This document shows, piece by piece, positions 9,766-17,122 of a DNA stretch of 20,000 bases (the stretch's first letter is position 1; each line of letters begins with the position of its first letter). The notes beneath the pieces were generated by a model, which searched no databases, was not told the DNA's origin, and saw nothing but the letters and a program-made list of their open reading frames with translations. The stretch lies in sequence record DRR378314_391. One strand, given 5' to 3'. A program made the translations under genes and the position numbers.

Positions 9766-9793
9766 CTCATTCATGTGCTCGGCAGCGTCAGAG

Positions 9794-9822
9794 CTTGACG
9801 CTGCCGGGTATCCACCTCACAT
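9794..9822 (+). promoter_or_regulatory. Putative promoter of grxD (CTTGAC-N17-TCACAT)
   Basis: -35 at 9794-9799 and -10 at 9817-9822, RpoH/RpoD-like. Confidence 0.5.
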
Positions 9823-9848
9823 GCTGTGGCAACAGCGGAGATACCAGT

Positions 9849-10187
9849 ATGACCGACCAAGCCACGCTCGACGCCATCGACAAGGCCGTCAAATCCAACG
9901 ACGTTGTGCTTTTCATGAAAGGCACACCGACCTTCCCGCAATGCGGGTTCTCCTCGGTCGTCGTTCAAGTGCTGGATTATCTTGGCGTTGAATATGTTTC
10001 GACGAACGTGCTGGAAGATCAGGCTGTGCGCGAAGGCATCAAGGCCTATTCCGACTGGCCAACCATCCCGCAGCTCTATGTAAAGGGCGAATTTGTCGGT
10101 GGTTGTGACATCGTGAAAGAGATGTTCGAGAGCGGCGAACTGCGCGACTTCATGAAAGACAATGGCATCGCGCTGGAAGAGGCCTGA
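9849..10187 (+). CDS. grxD: Monothiol glutaredoxin (Grx4 family)
   Basis: [24 protein letters not shown] and GEFVGGCDI motifs. GGAGA RBS before ATG 9849. Confidence 0.97.
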   Translation: MTDQATLDAIDKAVKSNDVVLFMKGTPTFPQCGFSSVVVQVLDYLGVEYVSTNVLEDQAVREGIKAYSDWPTIPQLYVKGEFVGGCDIVKEMFESGELRDFMKDNGIALEEA

Positions 10188-10189
10188 TC

Positions 10190-10432
10190 TCAGACCGAGA
10201 AGAGATGCGCGAGGCCAGCATGCTGGATCAGTGTGTCGCCATGCACGAAAGCTGGCGCCGCAAAGAATAAAGCACTGAATGCCAGACCGCTGAGATAGCT
10301 TTTGCGGCGGCGAAACGGCATCGGATAGCAAGCCTTGGCAGCCAGTCGCCATTTCTTGAGTGTATACGCCACGAGGACCAGCCCCAGCAGAGCTGCGCAC
10401 CACGCGGCAATGGTCAGAAACGGATCGGACAT
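10190..10432 (-). CDS. Small hypothetical membrane protein (2 predicted TM helices)
   Basis: 80 aa. AAGAGG RBS. Two hydrophobic stretches separated by a basic loop (KKWR...RRRK). It fills an otherwise empty gap. Confidence 0.6.
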   Translation of the reverse strand: MSDPFLTIAAWCAALLGLVLVAYTLKKWRLAAKACYPMPFRRRKSYLSGLAFSALFFAAPAFVHGDTLIQHAGLAHLFSV

Positions 10433-10615
10433 ATCAGCCTCTTGCTACAACTTCGTGTAGCATAGCCCTTTATCCTTTACAGAACGCAAAGCGTGTTCCT
10501 GCAAATTGCCCGTTTGGGAAAATGCGACGGAAGGCATACAGCAACTGCCAATCGCGCAATCGCGAGAAACATTCCCTTCTAGGCACACAGGCTTGTTTCC
10601 TGTAGCTGAGCGCGC

Positions 10616-11971
10616 ATGACCACAGCATCCCTCGCTCCAGCTCCCATTCGCCCCGCCAAGGCACCGAAAGTCGGCATCGTGTCGCTCGGTTGCCCGAAGG
10701 CGCTGGTGGATTCCGAACGCATCGTGACCCGCCTGCGCGCGGAAGGGTACCAGATCGCACCTGACTATGAGGGCGCGGATCTCGTGCTCGTGAACACGTG
10801 CGGGTTCCTCGACTCCGCTCGCGACGAAAGCCTGGGCGCAATTGGCGAGGCGATTGAATCAAACGGCAAAGTGATCGTCACAGGTTGCCTTGGCGCTGAG
10901 CCGGACGTGATCGAAAAGGCGCATCCAAAGGTTCTGGCGATCACTGGTCCGCAGCAATATGAGGCCGTGATGGACGCCGTCCACACGCACCTCACACCGC
11001 CGCACAATCCTCACATGGACCTTGTGCCCGAAAGCGGCCTGCGCCTGACACCCCGCCACTATGCGTATCTCAAGATTTCTGAAGGCTGCAACAATCGGTG
11101 CAGCTTCTGTATCATCCCGAAACTGCGCGGTGACCTGGTTTCCCGCCCGATCCATCATGTGCTGACCGAGGGCGAACAGCTTGTACGCGCGGGCGTGAAG
11201 GAGTTGCTGGTGATCAGCCAGGATACGTCTGCCTATGGCCTTGATGTGCGGTACAAGCCGGAGGTCTGGCGCGGCACCGAATACCAGACCCGCTTCCTGG
11301 ATCTCGCCAAAGGGCTTGGCAGCCTCGGCGTGTGGACGCGCATGCATTACGTGTACCCCTACCCTCATGTGGACAATGTCATTCCCCTGATGGCCGAGGG
11401 TTTGATCACGCCCTATCTGGACATCCCTTTTCAACATGCGTCTGCGAACGTGCTGAAGGCTATGAAACGCCCGGCCAAGCAGGACAAGGTGCTTGAGCGT
11501 ATCCTGCAATGGCGCCGCGATGTGCCGGATCTTGCCATCCGCTCAACCTTCATCGTCGGCTTCCCCGGTGAGACCGAAGAGGACTTCGAAATCCTGCTGG
11601 ACTTCATCCGTGAGGCAAAGATCGACCGTGCAGGGTGCTTCAAGTATGAAAACGTCGCCCATGCAGACAGTCGCAGCTTGCCGGACCATATCCCGGAAGA
11701 AGTGAAAGAAGAGCGCTGGCACCGTTTCATGGAAGTGCAGGCCAAAGTGTCAACTGACCGCGCGGCCGCGCAGATCGGCACCGTGCAAGACGTCATCATC
11801 GACGGCCCATCCGACACGCCGGGAGAAATGATCGGACGTACAAAGGCAGATGCCCCCGAAGTCGATGCGGTCGTCTATCTTGACGATGCCAGCCATCTGA
11901 AGCCGGGCGATATCGTTTCAGCCTCCATCGAAGATGCAGACGAATACGACCTCTACGGACGTCCGGCCTGA
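10616..11971 (+). CDS. rimO: Ribosomal protein S12 methylthiotransferase
   Basis: [21 protein letters not shown], radical-SAM [24 protein letters not shown] and C-terminal TRAM (APEVD...EYDL). Confidence 0.97.
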   Translation: MTTASLAPAPIRPAKAPKVGIVSLGCPKALVDSERIVTRLRAEGYQIAPDYEGADLVLVNTCGFLDSARDESLGAIGEAIESNGKVIVTGCLGAEPDVIEKAHPKVLAITGPQQYEAVMDAVHTHLTPPHNPHMDLVPESGLRLTPRHYAYLKISEGCNNRCSFCIIPKLRGDLVSRPIHHVLTEGEQLVRAGVKELLVISQDTSAYGLDVRYKPEVWRGTEYQTRFLDLAKGLGSLGVWTRMHYVYPYPHVDNVIPLMAEGLITPYLDIPFQHASANVLKAMKRPAKQDKVLERILQWRRDVPDLAIRSTFIVGFPGETEEDFEILLDFIREAKIDRAGCFKYENVAHADSRSLPDHIPEEVKEERWHRFMEVQAKVSTDRAAAQIGTVQDVIIDGPSDTPGEMIGRTKADAPEVDAVVYLDDASHLKPGDIVSASIEDADEYDLYGRPA

Positions 11972-12657
11972 GCTCGCATCCGCGCGCCAGCCTCAACCGC
12001 TTCAGCGCGTCGCGCATCCATCAGCCCTTTCATGCGTGCATGGTAAGCTTCCAGAATGTCTGGCTCGGCGAGTTCAGGTCGCCCTCCCGCAAAGGGCGGT
12101 GATGGCGCGTATTCATAGCCGAGCGTCAAAGCCTTGGCATAGGCTTCGCCCGCAATCTCTGCAACCATGGTAAAGGCGAAATCAATCCCTGCCGTTACAC
12201 CGCCGCCGGTGATGATGTTCCCGTCACGAACAACTCTCGAATCGTCGATCACGGCTCCAAACTCTGCGAGGAGATCTCGCCATGCCCAATGGCAGGCCGC
12301 CCTCTTACCCTGCAAGAGGCCGGCCGCGCCCAGGATCAAGGAGCCGGTGCACACTGACGTGATGTAGGTGGCCTGCAGCCCCAGTCGGCGGACCTGCTTA
12401 ATGAAGGCGTCGTCCAGCGTCCACTGCGTTGCAGTCACCCCGCCCGGAACACACAGCAAGTCGCAGCGATCGATGGTCGAAAGCGCCTGCGTCCTGCCAA
12501 TAACAAGATTGCCTTCGGCAACCACATCCCCCCCGTCTCGGCTTGCGACCAGCGTTTCAGACTTCGGCAGGCGGCACAGCACTTGGTGCGGTCCAGTGAA
12601 GTCCAGATGGGTCATGTCATCATAGATCGCGAAGACTGTTCGGAATGGCGGGGACAT
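11953..12657 (-). CDS. DJ-1/PfpI family protein, isocyanide (isonitrile) hydratase-like
   Basis: AAGGAG RBS before ATG 12657. LDFTGP (Asp type), VPGG, catalytic [16 protein letters not shown] and C-terminal EYAPSPPF extension. Confidence 0.88.
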   Translation of the reverse strand: MSPPFRTVFAIYDDMTHLDFTGPHQVLCRLPKSETLVASRDGGDVVAEGNLVIGRTQALSTIDRCDLLCVPGGVTATQWTLDDAFIKQVRRLGLQATYITSVCTGSLILGAAGLLQGKRAACHWAWRDLLAEFGAVIDDSRVVRDGNIITGGGVTAGIDFAFTMVAEIAGEAYAKALTLGYEYAPSPPFAGGRPELAEPDILEAYHARMKGLMDARRAEAVEAGARMRAQAGRP

Positions 12658-12699
12658 GGCGTGCTCCTTGTTTGCCTTCGCAGTTTCGCGTAAGACGCA

Positions 12700-12738
12700 C
12701 TTGGCAGAAAGGACATTATTCCAGTGATTCATGCCAAG
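12700..12738. promoter_or_regulatory. Inverted repeat CTTGGCA-N25-TGCCAAG between divergent DJ-1 gene and GlxA regulator (probable operator)
   Basis: CTTGGCA at 12700-12706 and TGCCAAG at 12732-12738, spanning the regulator start. Confidence 0.5.
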
Positions 12739-13689
12739 CCAATTTCCCGAAAGATCGGACTGCTCGTCTTTGACGATTTCCAGCTTCTGGATATGGCAGG
12801 CCCAACGAGCGTCTTTGAAATGCCGATACGGGGCATGGATCCAGCGCCTTACGAGTTCACGCTCTACTCCCAGCACGGAGGGAGCGTCCGCGCATCTTGT
12901 GGCGTGTGGGTTCACACAGAGCCCCTCGCGGAGCGTATGGCTCTGGACACGCTGATCATCTCCGGCGGCGAAGGTACGCGCACAGCCATGCATGACGGCG
13001 CATTGCTGACAGCAATCCGCAGCCTCTCAAAGCAAACACGCCGCACAACGTCCGTCTGCTCAGGCGCATTCCTTCTGGCGGCCGCGGGCCTGCTGGATGG
13101 CCGGAAAGCCACGACCCATTGGCGTCGATGCCCCGACATGTCCCGCCGCTTCCCGAAAGTTCAGGTCCAAGCCGATCGCATCTACGTACGGGACGACAAA
13201 TTCTGGACGTCGGCCGGCATTTCAGCAGGCATTGATCTCGCACTGGCTCTCGTTGAGGACGATTTGGGAGAAGAGGTCGCCCGAAAAGCAGCCCGCGAAC
13301 TCGTTATTCATCAAAGACGGCATGGCGGTCAGTCACAATTCTCGGTGATGCAGGATGTGAAACTCGCATCTGGCAAGTTCGACGCACTCATTTCCTGGAT
13401 CAAAACGAATCTAGACTACGAACTCACCGTTGACATCCTAGCCGAAAAGTCCGGCATGAGTCCCAGAAATTTCGCGCGGGTTTTCAAAACTGAGACTGGC
13501 ACAACACCGGCGCGCCTGATCGAAAAGCTACGCCTTGAAGCGGCGCGCGATCTTGTCGAAGGCTCCACCACCTCTCTGCAACAGATCGCTCAGGCGACGG
13601 GATTCCGAGAGGCTGATCGCATGCGCTTGTCATTCCTGCGCGCCTATGGACAGCCCCCTATGGTGCTGCGCCGCCAAAGAGAGACCTGA
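12724..13689 (+). CDS. GlxA/FtrA-family AraC transcriptional regulator (DJ-1 domain + HTH)
   Basis: LLDMAGP, SVCSGAFLLA, ATTHW, TSAGISAGIDLAL, RHGGQSQFS and MSPRNFAR HTH. GTG start 10 nt after AAAGGA. Confidence 0.92.
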   Translation: MIHAKPISRKIGLLVFDDFQLLDMAGPTSVFEMPIRGMDPAPYEFTLYSQHGGSVRASCGVWVHTEPLAERMALDTLIISGGEGTRTAMHDGALLTAIRSLSKQTRRTTSVCSGAFLLAAAGLLDGRKATTHWRRCPDMSRRFPKVQVQADRIYVRDDKFWTSAGISAGIDLALALVEDDLGEEVARKAARELVIHQRRHGGQSQFSVMQDVKLASGKFDALISWIKTNLDYELTVDILAEKSGMSPRNFARVFKTETGTTPARLIEKLRLEAARDLVEGSTTSLQQIAQATGFREADRMRLSFLRAYGQPPMVLRRQRET

Positions 13690-13717
13690 TCGGACTAGAT
13701 GCTCAGCCCCGCTGAAT

Positions 13718-13764
13718 TTATCGAAAAACAATGATTGACATATCGTATTTCGATAATTCATAGT
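13718..13764 (+). promoter_or_regulatory. Promoter of the DUF2807 pair with tandem TTATCG-N5-CGATAA-like operators
   Basis: TTGACA at 13735-13740. Site ATATCGTATTTCGATAA at 13740-13756 and degenerate site TTATCGAAAAACAATGA at 13718-13734. Confidence 0.65.
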
Positions 13765-13789
13765 GCTTTCAACGCAAATGGAGACTTTC

Positions 13790-14713
13790 ATGCAACGCGC
13801 ACTCATTTCACTGTCAGCCCTCGCGATCGCTGCCCTTCCCGCCCTGGCTGAGACAAAAGACTATACTGTTGGAAACTTCTCGGAGCTCGACATCAGCGAA
13901 GCCATTCAAGTGATTTACGAGAATGCCCCGACAACGACTGTGACGGTCGAACAATCAGGCGGCGACTTCTCTGACATCAATATTGAAACGAAAGGCGACA
14001 CATTGCTGATTGACCGCAAAAGCGTCGGCAAGGGTTGGCGTTCGAACATCTCGACAGATTTCAGGAATGGCGAACTCCGCGCCAAGGTGAACGGCAAGAA
14101 AGTGCCATCCTACACCGTTCGCATTTCGTCACCGATCGTTTCAGGAATTGATGTCTCTCGCTCCGCCCGCATCACGGCCAACGCCATCGACGCTGACACA
14201 TTGGACCTCAAGGCCTCATCAAGTGCAGATCTCATCATTTCCGGACGGGTGAACACGCTCAGCATTGATGCCTCTTCGTCCTCTGATGTCGAAGCAGAAG
14301 ATCTCATCGCCAACCGTCTCATGATCGACGCGTCGTCCAGCGCAGATGTTGAAGCTCATGCAGCGACGGATAAGCAGGTCCGAATCGCGGCGTCGTCAAG
14401 CTCTGATGTAGAGCTGGATCTGTCAGGCGGCGCGGATGTCGAGCTTGAAGCCTCTTCAAGCGCAGATATCGAACTGGATGGCAGTTGTGGTCATATCACC
14501 ATCACAGCATCGTCCTCAGCAGACATCGAAGGGCGCGAGTTCACCTGCGCTTCAGCCAAAGTGAAGGCCTCCAGCAGCGCCGATGTAAACCTCTCAGTCA
14601 CCGACACTGTGGAAGCGTCTGCTTCCAGTGGCGGAGACATCAACATCTACGGCAGCCCTGCCCAGCGTGACGTGCGCGAATCCAGCGGCGGCGACGTTTC
14701 TTTCAGATCATAA
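13790..14713 (+). CDS. DUF2807 / GIN-domain (putative auto-transporter adhesin head) secreted beta-solenoid protein, long form
   Basis: GGAGA RBS before ATG 13790. Signal peptide ending ALA. FSELDIS...GDTLLI head followed by about 10 repeats of 18-20 aa starting ASSS(A/S)D. Ends 'INIYGSP...SSGGDV'. Confidence 0.82.
   Translation: MQRALISLSALAIAALPALAETKDYTVGNFSELDISEAIQVIYENAPTTTVTVEQSGGDFSDINIETKGDTLLIDRKSVGKGWRSNISTDFRNGELRAKVNGKKVPSYTVRISSPIVSGIDVSRSARITANAIDADTLDLKASSSADLIISGRVNTLSIDASSSSDVEAEDLIANRLMIDASSSADVEAHAATDKQVRIAASSSSDVELDLSGGADVELEASSSADIELDGSCGHITITASSSADIEGREFTCASAKVKASSSADVNLSVTDTVEASASSGGDINIYGSPAQRDVRESSGGDVSFRS
14146..14700 (+). repeat. Degenerate coding tandem repeat, about 10 units of 54-60 nt (ASSSAD...)
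   Basis: Recurring ASSSAD/ASSSSD/ASSGGD every 18-20 codons. The repeats are diverged at DNA level. Confidence 0.8.
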
Positions 14714-14737
14714 TACTCAGCCCAGGAGGCCCTTCCC

Positions 14738-15388
14738 ATGAAAAAGCTTGCCCTCATCACATCCGGACTGGCGGCGCTGGCCGTATCAGCAACCATGCTG
14801 CACGCTGCCGCCGATGCCCCCAAGGTTTACAAACTATCCGGCTTTGACGAACTGGATATATCAGCAGGTGTTGACGTCAAATTCGTCCGGGCACCGGAAT
14901 ATTCCGTGACTGCAGACTTCACACGTGGAGGCCCGGAAGACGTGAAAGTCCGTCTTGATGGTGACCGGCTCTATCTTTCACGCAAGTCGACAAGCGGTTG
15001 GGGCGACAAGGTGCGCGTGAAATTCACTGTCACCGCTCCGAACCTCAAAGAGATTGAGGCAAGCTCCGGATCGTCCCTGCTTGTTGAAGGGCTGGAAGAA
15101 GGCAGTGTGCAACTGGATGTCTCCAGCGGCGCAGCAGTATCAGTGTACGGCACATGCTCCAGCTTGAAGGTGAAAGCCAATTCCGGCGGCAGCGCCAACG
15201 CCAAGGGACTGGAATGCGGCTCTGTCTCCGCAAAAGCCAGCAGTGGTGGATCAGTCAAGGCATTTGCCAGTAACGCCGCGACGAGCAAGACGTCGAGCGG
15301 TGGCAGCGTCGCCATTTATGGCAACCCCACATCTCGCTCAGCGAACAAATCCATCAGCGGTGGCTCAACGTCATTCCACGGCGGCTAA
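14738..15388 (+). CDS. DUF2807 / GIN-domain secreted protein, short form
   Basis: AGGAGG RBS. Signal peptide. GFDELDISAGVDV and DGDRLYL motifs, six xSSG(G/S/A) repeats, ending 'VAIYGNP...SGGS'. Confidence 0.85.
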   Translation: MKKLALITSGLAALAVSATMLHAAADAPKVYKLSGFDELDISAGVDVKFVRAPEYSVTADFTRGGPEDVKVRLDGDRLYLSRKSTSGWGDKVRVKFTVTAPNLKEIEASSGSSLLVEGLEEGSVQLDVSSGAAVSVYGTCSSLKVKANSGGSANAKGLECGSVSAKASSGGSVKAFASNAATSKTSSGGSVAIYGNPTSRSANKSISGGSTSFHGG

Positions 15389-15403
15389 CTCAATCAGTGC
15401 ACT

Positions 15404-15423
15404 GAGGGGGAATCACCCCCCTC
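15404..15423. terminator. Short GC hairpin between convergent DUF2807 gene and ppk2
   Basis: GAGGGGG-AATCAC-CCCCCTC gives a 7-bp stem with a weak U tail. Confidence 0.45.
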
Positions 15424-15433
15424 TTGCCGCATG

Positions 15434-16261
15434 TCAACCGATATCAAAATCAGCCGGATTGTAGCCGGGGTTTGGCCATCCCAGGCTCAGGTCTTCCAAT
15501 GCGCCCCGCACCAGCCGCGCAATCATCGCGTTCCGGCGTGTGCGGCTATCGGCCGGCACCACGTACCAGGGCGCATGTTCCGTGGAACAGCGCTCAACCG
15601 CTGTCTCATACGCCGCCATGAATTTCGCCCAGTCCTTGCGATCTTCTAGATCTCCCGGATTGAATTTCCATAGCTTGTGCGGCTCCACCAGTCGCTCAGC
15701 CAGGCGTTCGCCTTGTTCTTCATAGCCGACGTTCAGCATGCATTTGACGATCACCACCCCATTTTCGGTCAGGTGCTTTTCGAATGCATTGATCTGATCA
15801 TAACGGCGCTCGACGTCTTCCGCGCTCGCAAAATTGCGAACTTTGACGACCAACACATCTTCATAATGCGAACGATCGAAGATGCCGATATTTCCTTTCT
15901 TCGGAACCGCATTGTGGACGCGCCACAGATAATCCCGCGCAAGTTCGTTCTTGCTGGGCGCTTTGAACGCCTTCACTTCCATGCCCAGAGGCGTGGTGTC
16001 TGCGAACACGCTGCGGATGGTTCCCGATTTGCCAGCCGTATCCATTCCCTGCAGCACCACGAGCACCGACTGCTTCTTGTGTGCGTAGAGCATGTCTTTC
16101 AGTTCGTTGATGACCGCGGCGTCCTTTTTCAGACTTGTCTTCGCATCTTCCTTGTCATCGAACAGGATTGGGTCGCGGGTCGGTCTGGCAGCCAGTGAAA
16201 AGGACTCGCCCGGCTTCGCGATCAGATGCTGACGGACATCATCGATATCGGGAATGTTCAT
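15434..16261 (-). CDS. ppk2: Polyphosphate kinase 2 family (class III-like polyphosphate:nucleotide phosphotransferase)
   Basis: GGAGA RBS before ATG 16261. Walker A QGMDTAGK, FKAPS, DYLWR, FDRSHYEDVL, WKFNPGD and APWYVVPAD. Confidence 0.93.
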   Translation of the reverse strand: MNIPDIDDVRQHLIAKPGESFSLAARPTRDPILFDDKEDAKTSLKKDAAVINELKDMLYAHKKQSVLVVLQGMDTAGKSGTIRSVFADTTPLGMEVKAFKAPSKNELARDYLWRVHNAVPKKGNIGIFDRSHYEDVLVVKVRNFASAEDVERRYDQINAFEKHLTENGVVIVKCMLNVGYEEQGERLAERLVEPHKLWKFNPGDLEDRKDWAKFMAAYETAVERCSTEHAPWYVVPADSRTRRNAMIARLVRGALEDLSLGWPNPGYNPADFDIG

Positions 16262-16280
16262 GAATTTTGGTTCTCCAATG

Positions 16281-16312
16281 AAAAAGGCCGCACCAGTCTG
16301 GCGCGGCCTTTT
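16281..16312 (-). terminator. Intrinsic terminator of rpsD
   Basis: Minus strand AAAAGGCCGCGCCAG-A-CTGGTGCGGCCTTTTT, 25 nt after the rpsD stop. Confidence 0.85.
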
Positions 16313-16337
16313 GAATTCTTCAAGGAATTCAGCCCTC

Positions 16338-16955
16338 TTACGAGGAGTAGAATTCGACGACCTGAGCAGGTTCCATCTGCACCGGGTATGGCACATCAGA
16401 CAGTTCAGGCACGCGAACGAAGGTTGCCGTCATCGCTTTCGGGTCAACGTCAACATACTCGGGAATGTCGCGTTCGGCACTGCCGAGAGCTTCCAGAACC
16501 AGAGCCATGTTGCGGGACTTCTCGCGGATCTGAACCACATCGCCTGGCTTCAGGCGCGCAGAACCGATGTTGCAACGACGACCATTGACCAAAACGTGGC
16601 CGTGATTGACGAACTGGCGCGCTGCGAAGATCGTCGGCACGAATTTCGCGCGGTAAACGATGGCATCGAGGCGAGATTCCAGAAGACCGATCAGGTTTTC
16701 GGACGTGTTGCCTTTCAGGCGGTTGGCTTCTTCGTAAATGCGAAGGAACTGCTTTTCCGTGATGTCGCCGTAGTAGCCTTTCAGCTTCTGCTTGGCCATC
16801 AGCTGCAGACCAAAGTCAGACGTCTTGCTGCGACGGTTCTGACCGTGCTGACCTGGCTTGTAGTTGCGCTTGTTGACGGGGGACTTCGGACGGCCCCAGA
16901 TGTTTTCACCGACGCGACGGTCGATCTTGTACTTCGCGCTATGGCGACGTGACAT
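16338..16955 (-). CDS. rpsD: 30S ribosomal protein S4
   Basis: [41 protein letters not shown] and VVEFYS motifs. 205 aa, stand-alone alphaproteobacterial type. Confidence 0.99.
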   Translation of the reverse strand: MSRRHSAKYKIDRRVGENIWGRPKSPVNKRNYKPGQHGQNRRSKTSDFGLQLMAKQKLKGYYGDITEKQFLRIYEEANRLKGNTSENLIGLLESRLDAIVYRAKFVPTIFAARQFVNHGHVLVNGRRCNIGSARLKPGDVVQIREKSRNMALVLEALGSAERDIPEYVDVDPKAMTATFVRVPELSDVPYPVQMEPAQVVEFYSS

Positions 16956-17122
16956 GGTAGTACCTCATTGTCGACGCAGGCCGGTGGGCGACGCTCATTC
17001 GCACCCACGATTTCAACGGCGGCTCTGCACCATCCCGTTATCAGGCGGCGGGTAAACCCGAAAACCACTGGCAGGTCAAGCCACACCGCTGCTACACATT
17101 CCGCAAAAAGCGGGAGGAAAAC

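Noticed and set aside
8134-9774. 546-aa ORF antisense to the ACE-like peptidase
   Set aside because: Shadow ORF on the opposite strand of a GC-rich, strongly codon-biased gene. It has no recognisable motifs or RBS.
12731-12955. ATG at 12731 suggesting a frameshifted start of the GlxA regulator
   Set aside because: The in-frame GTG at 12724 has a usable AAAGGA RBS and gives a complete protein, so no frameshift is needed.
14146-14700. Periodic repeats as a possible CRISPR or DNA tandem repeat
   Set aside because: The repeats are conserved only at protein level (beta-solenoid rungs). There are no identical DNA repeats with spacers and no cas genes.
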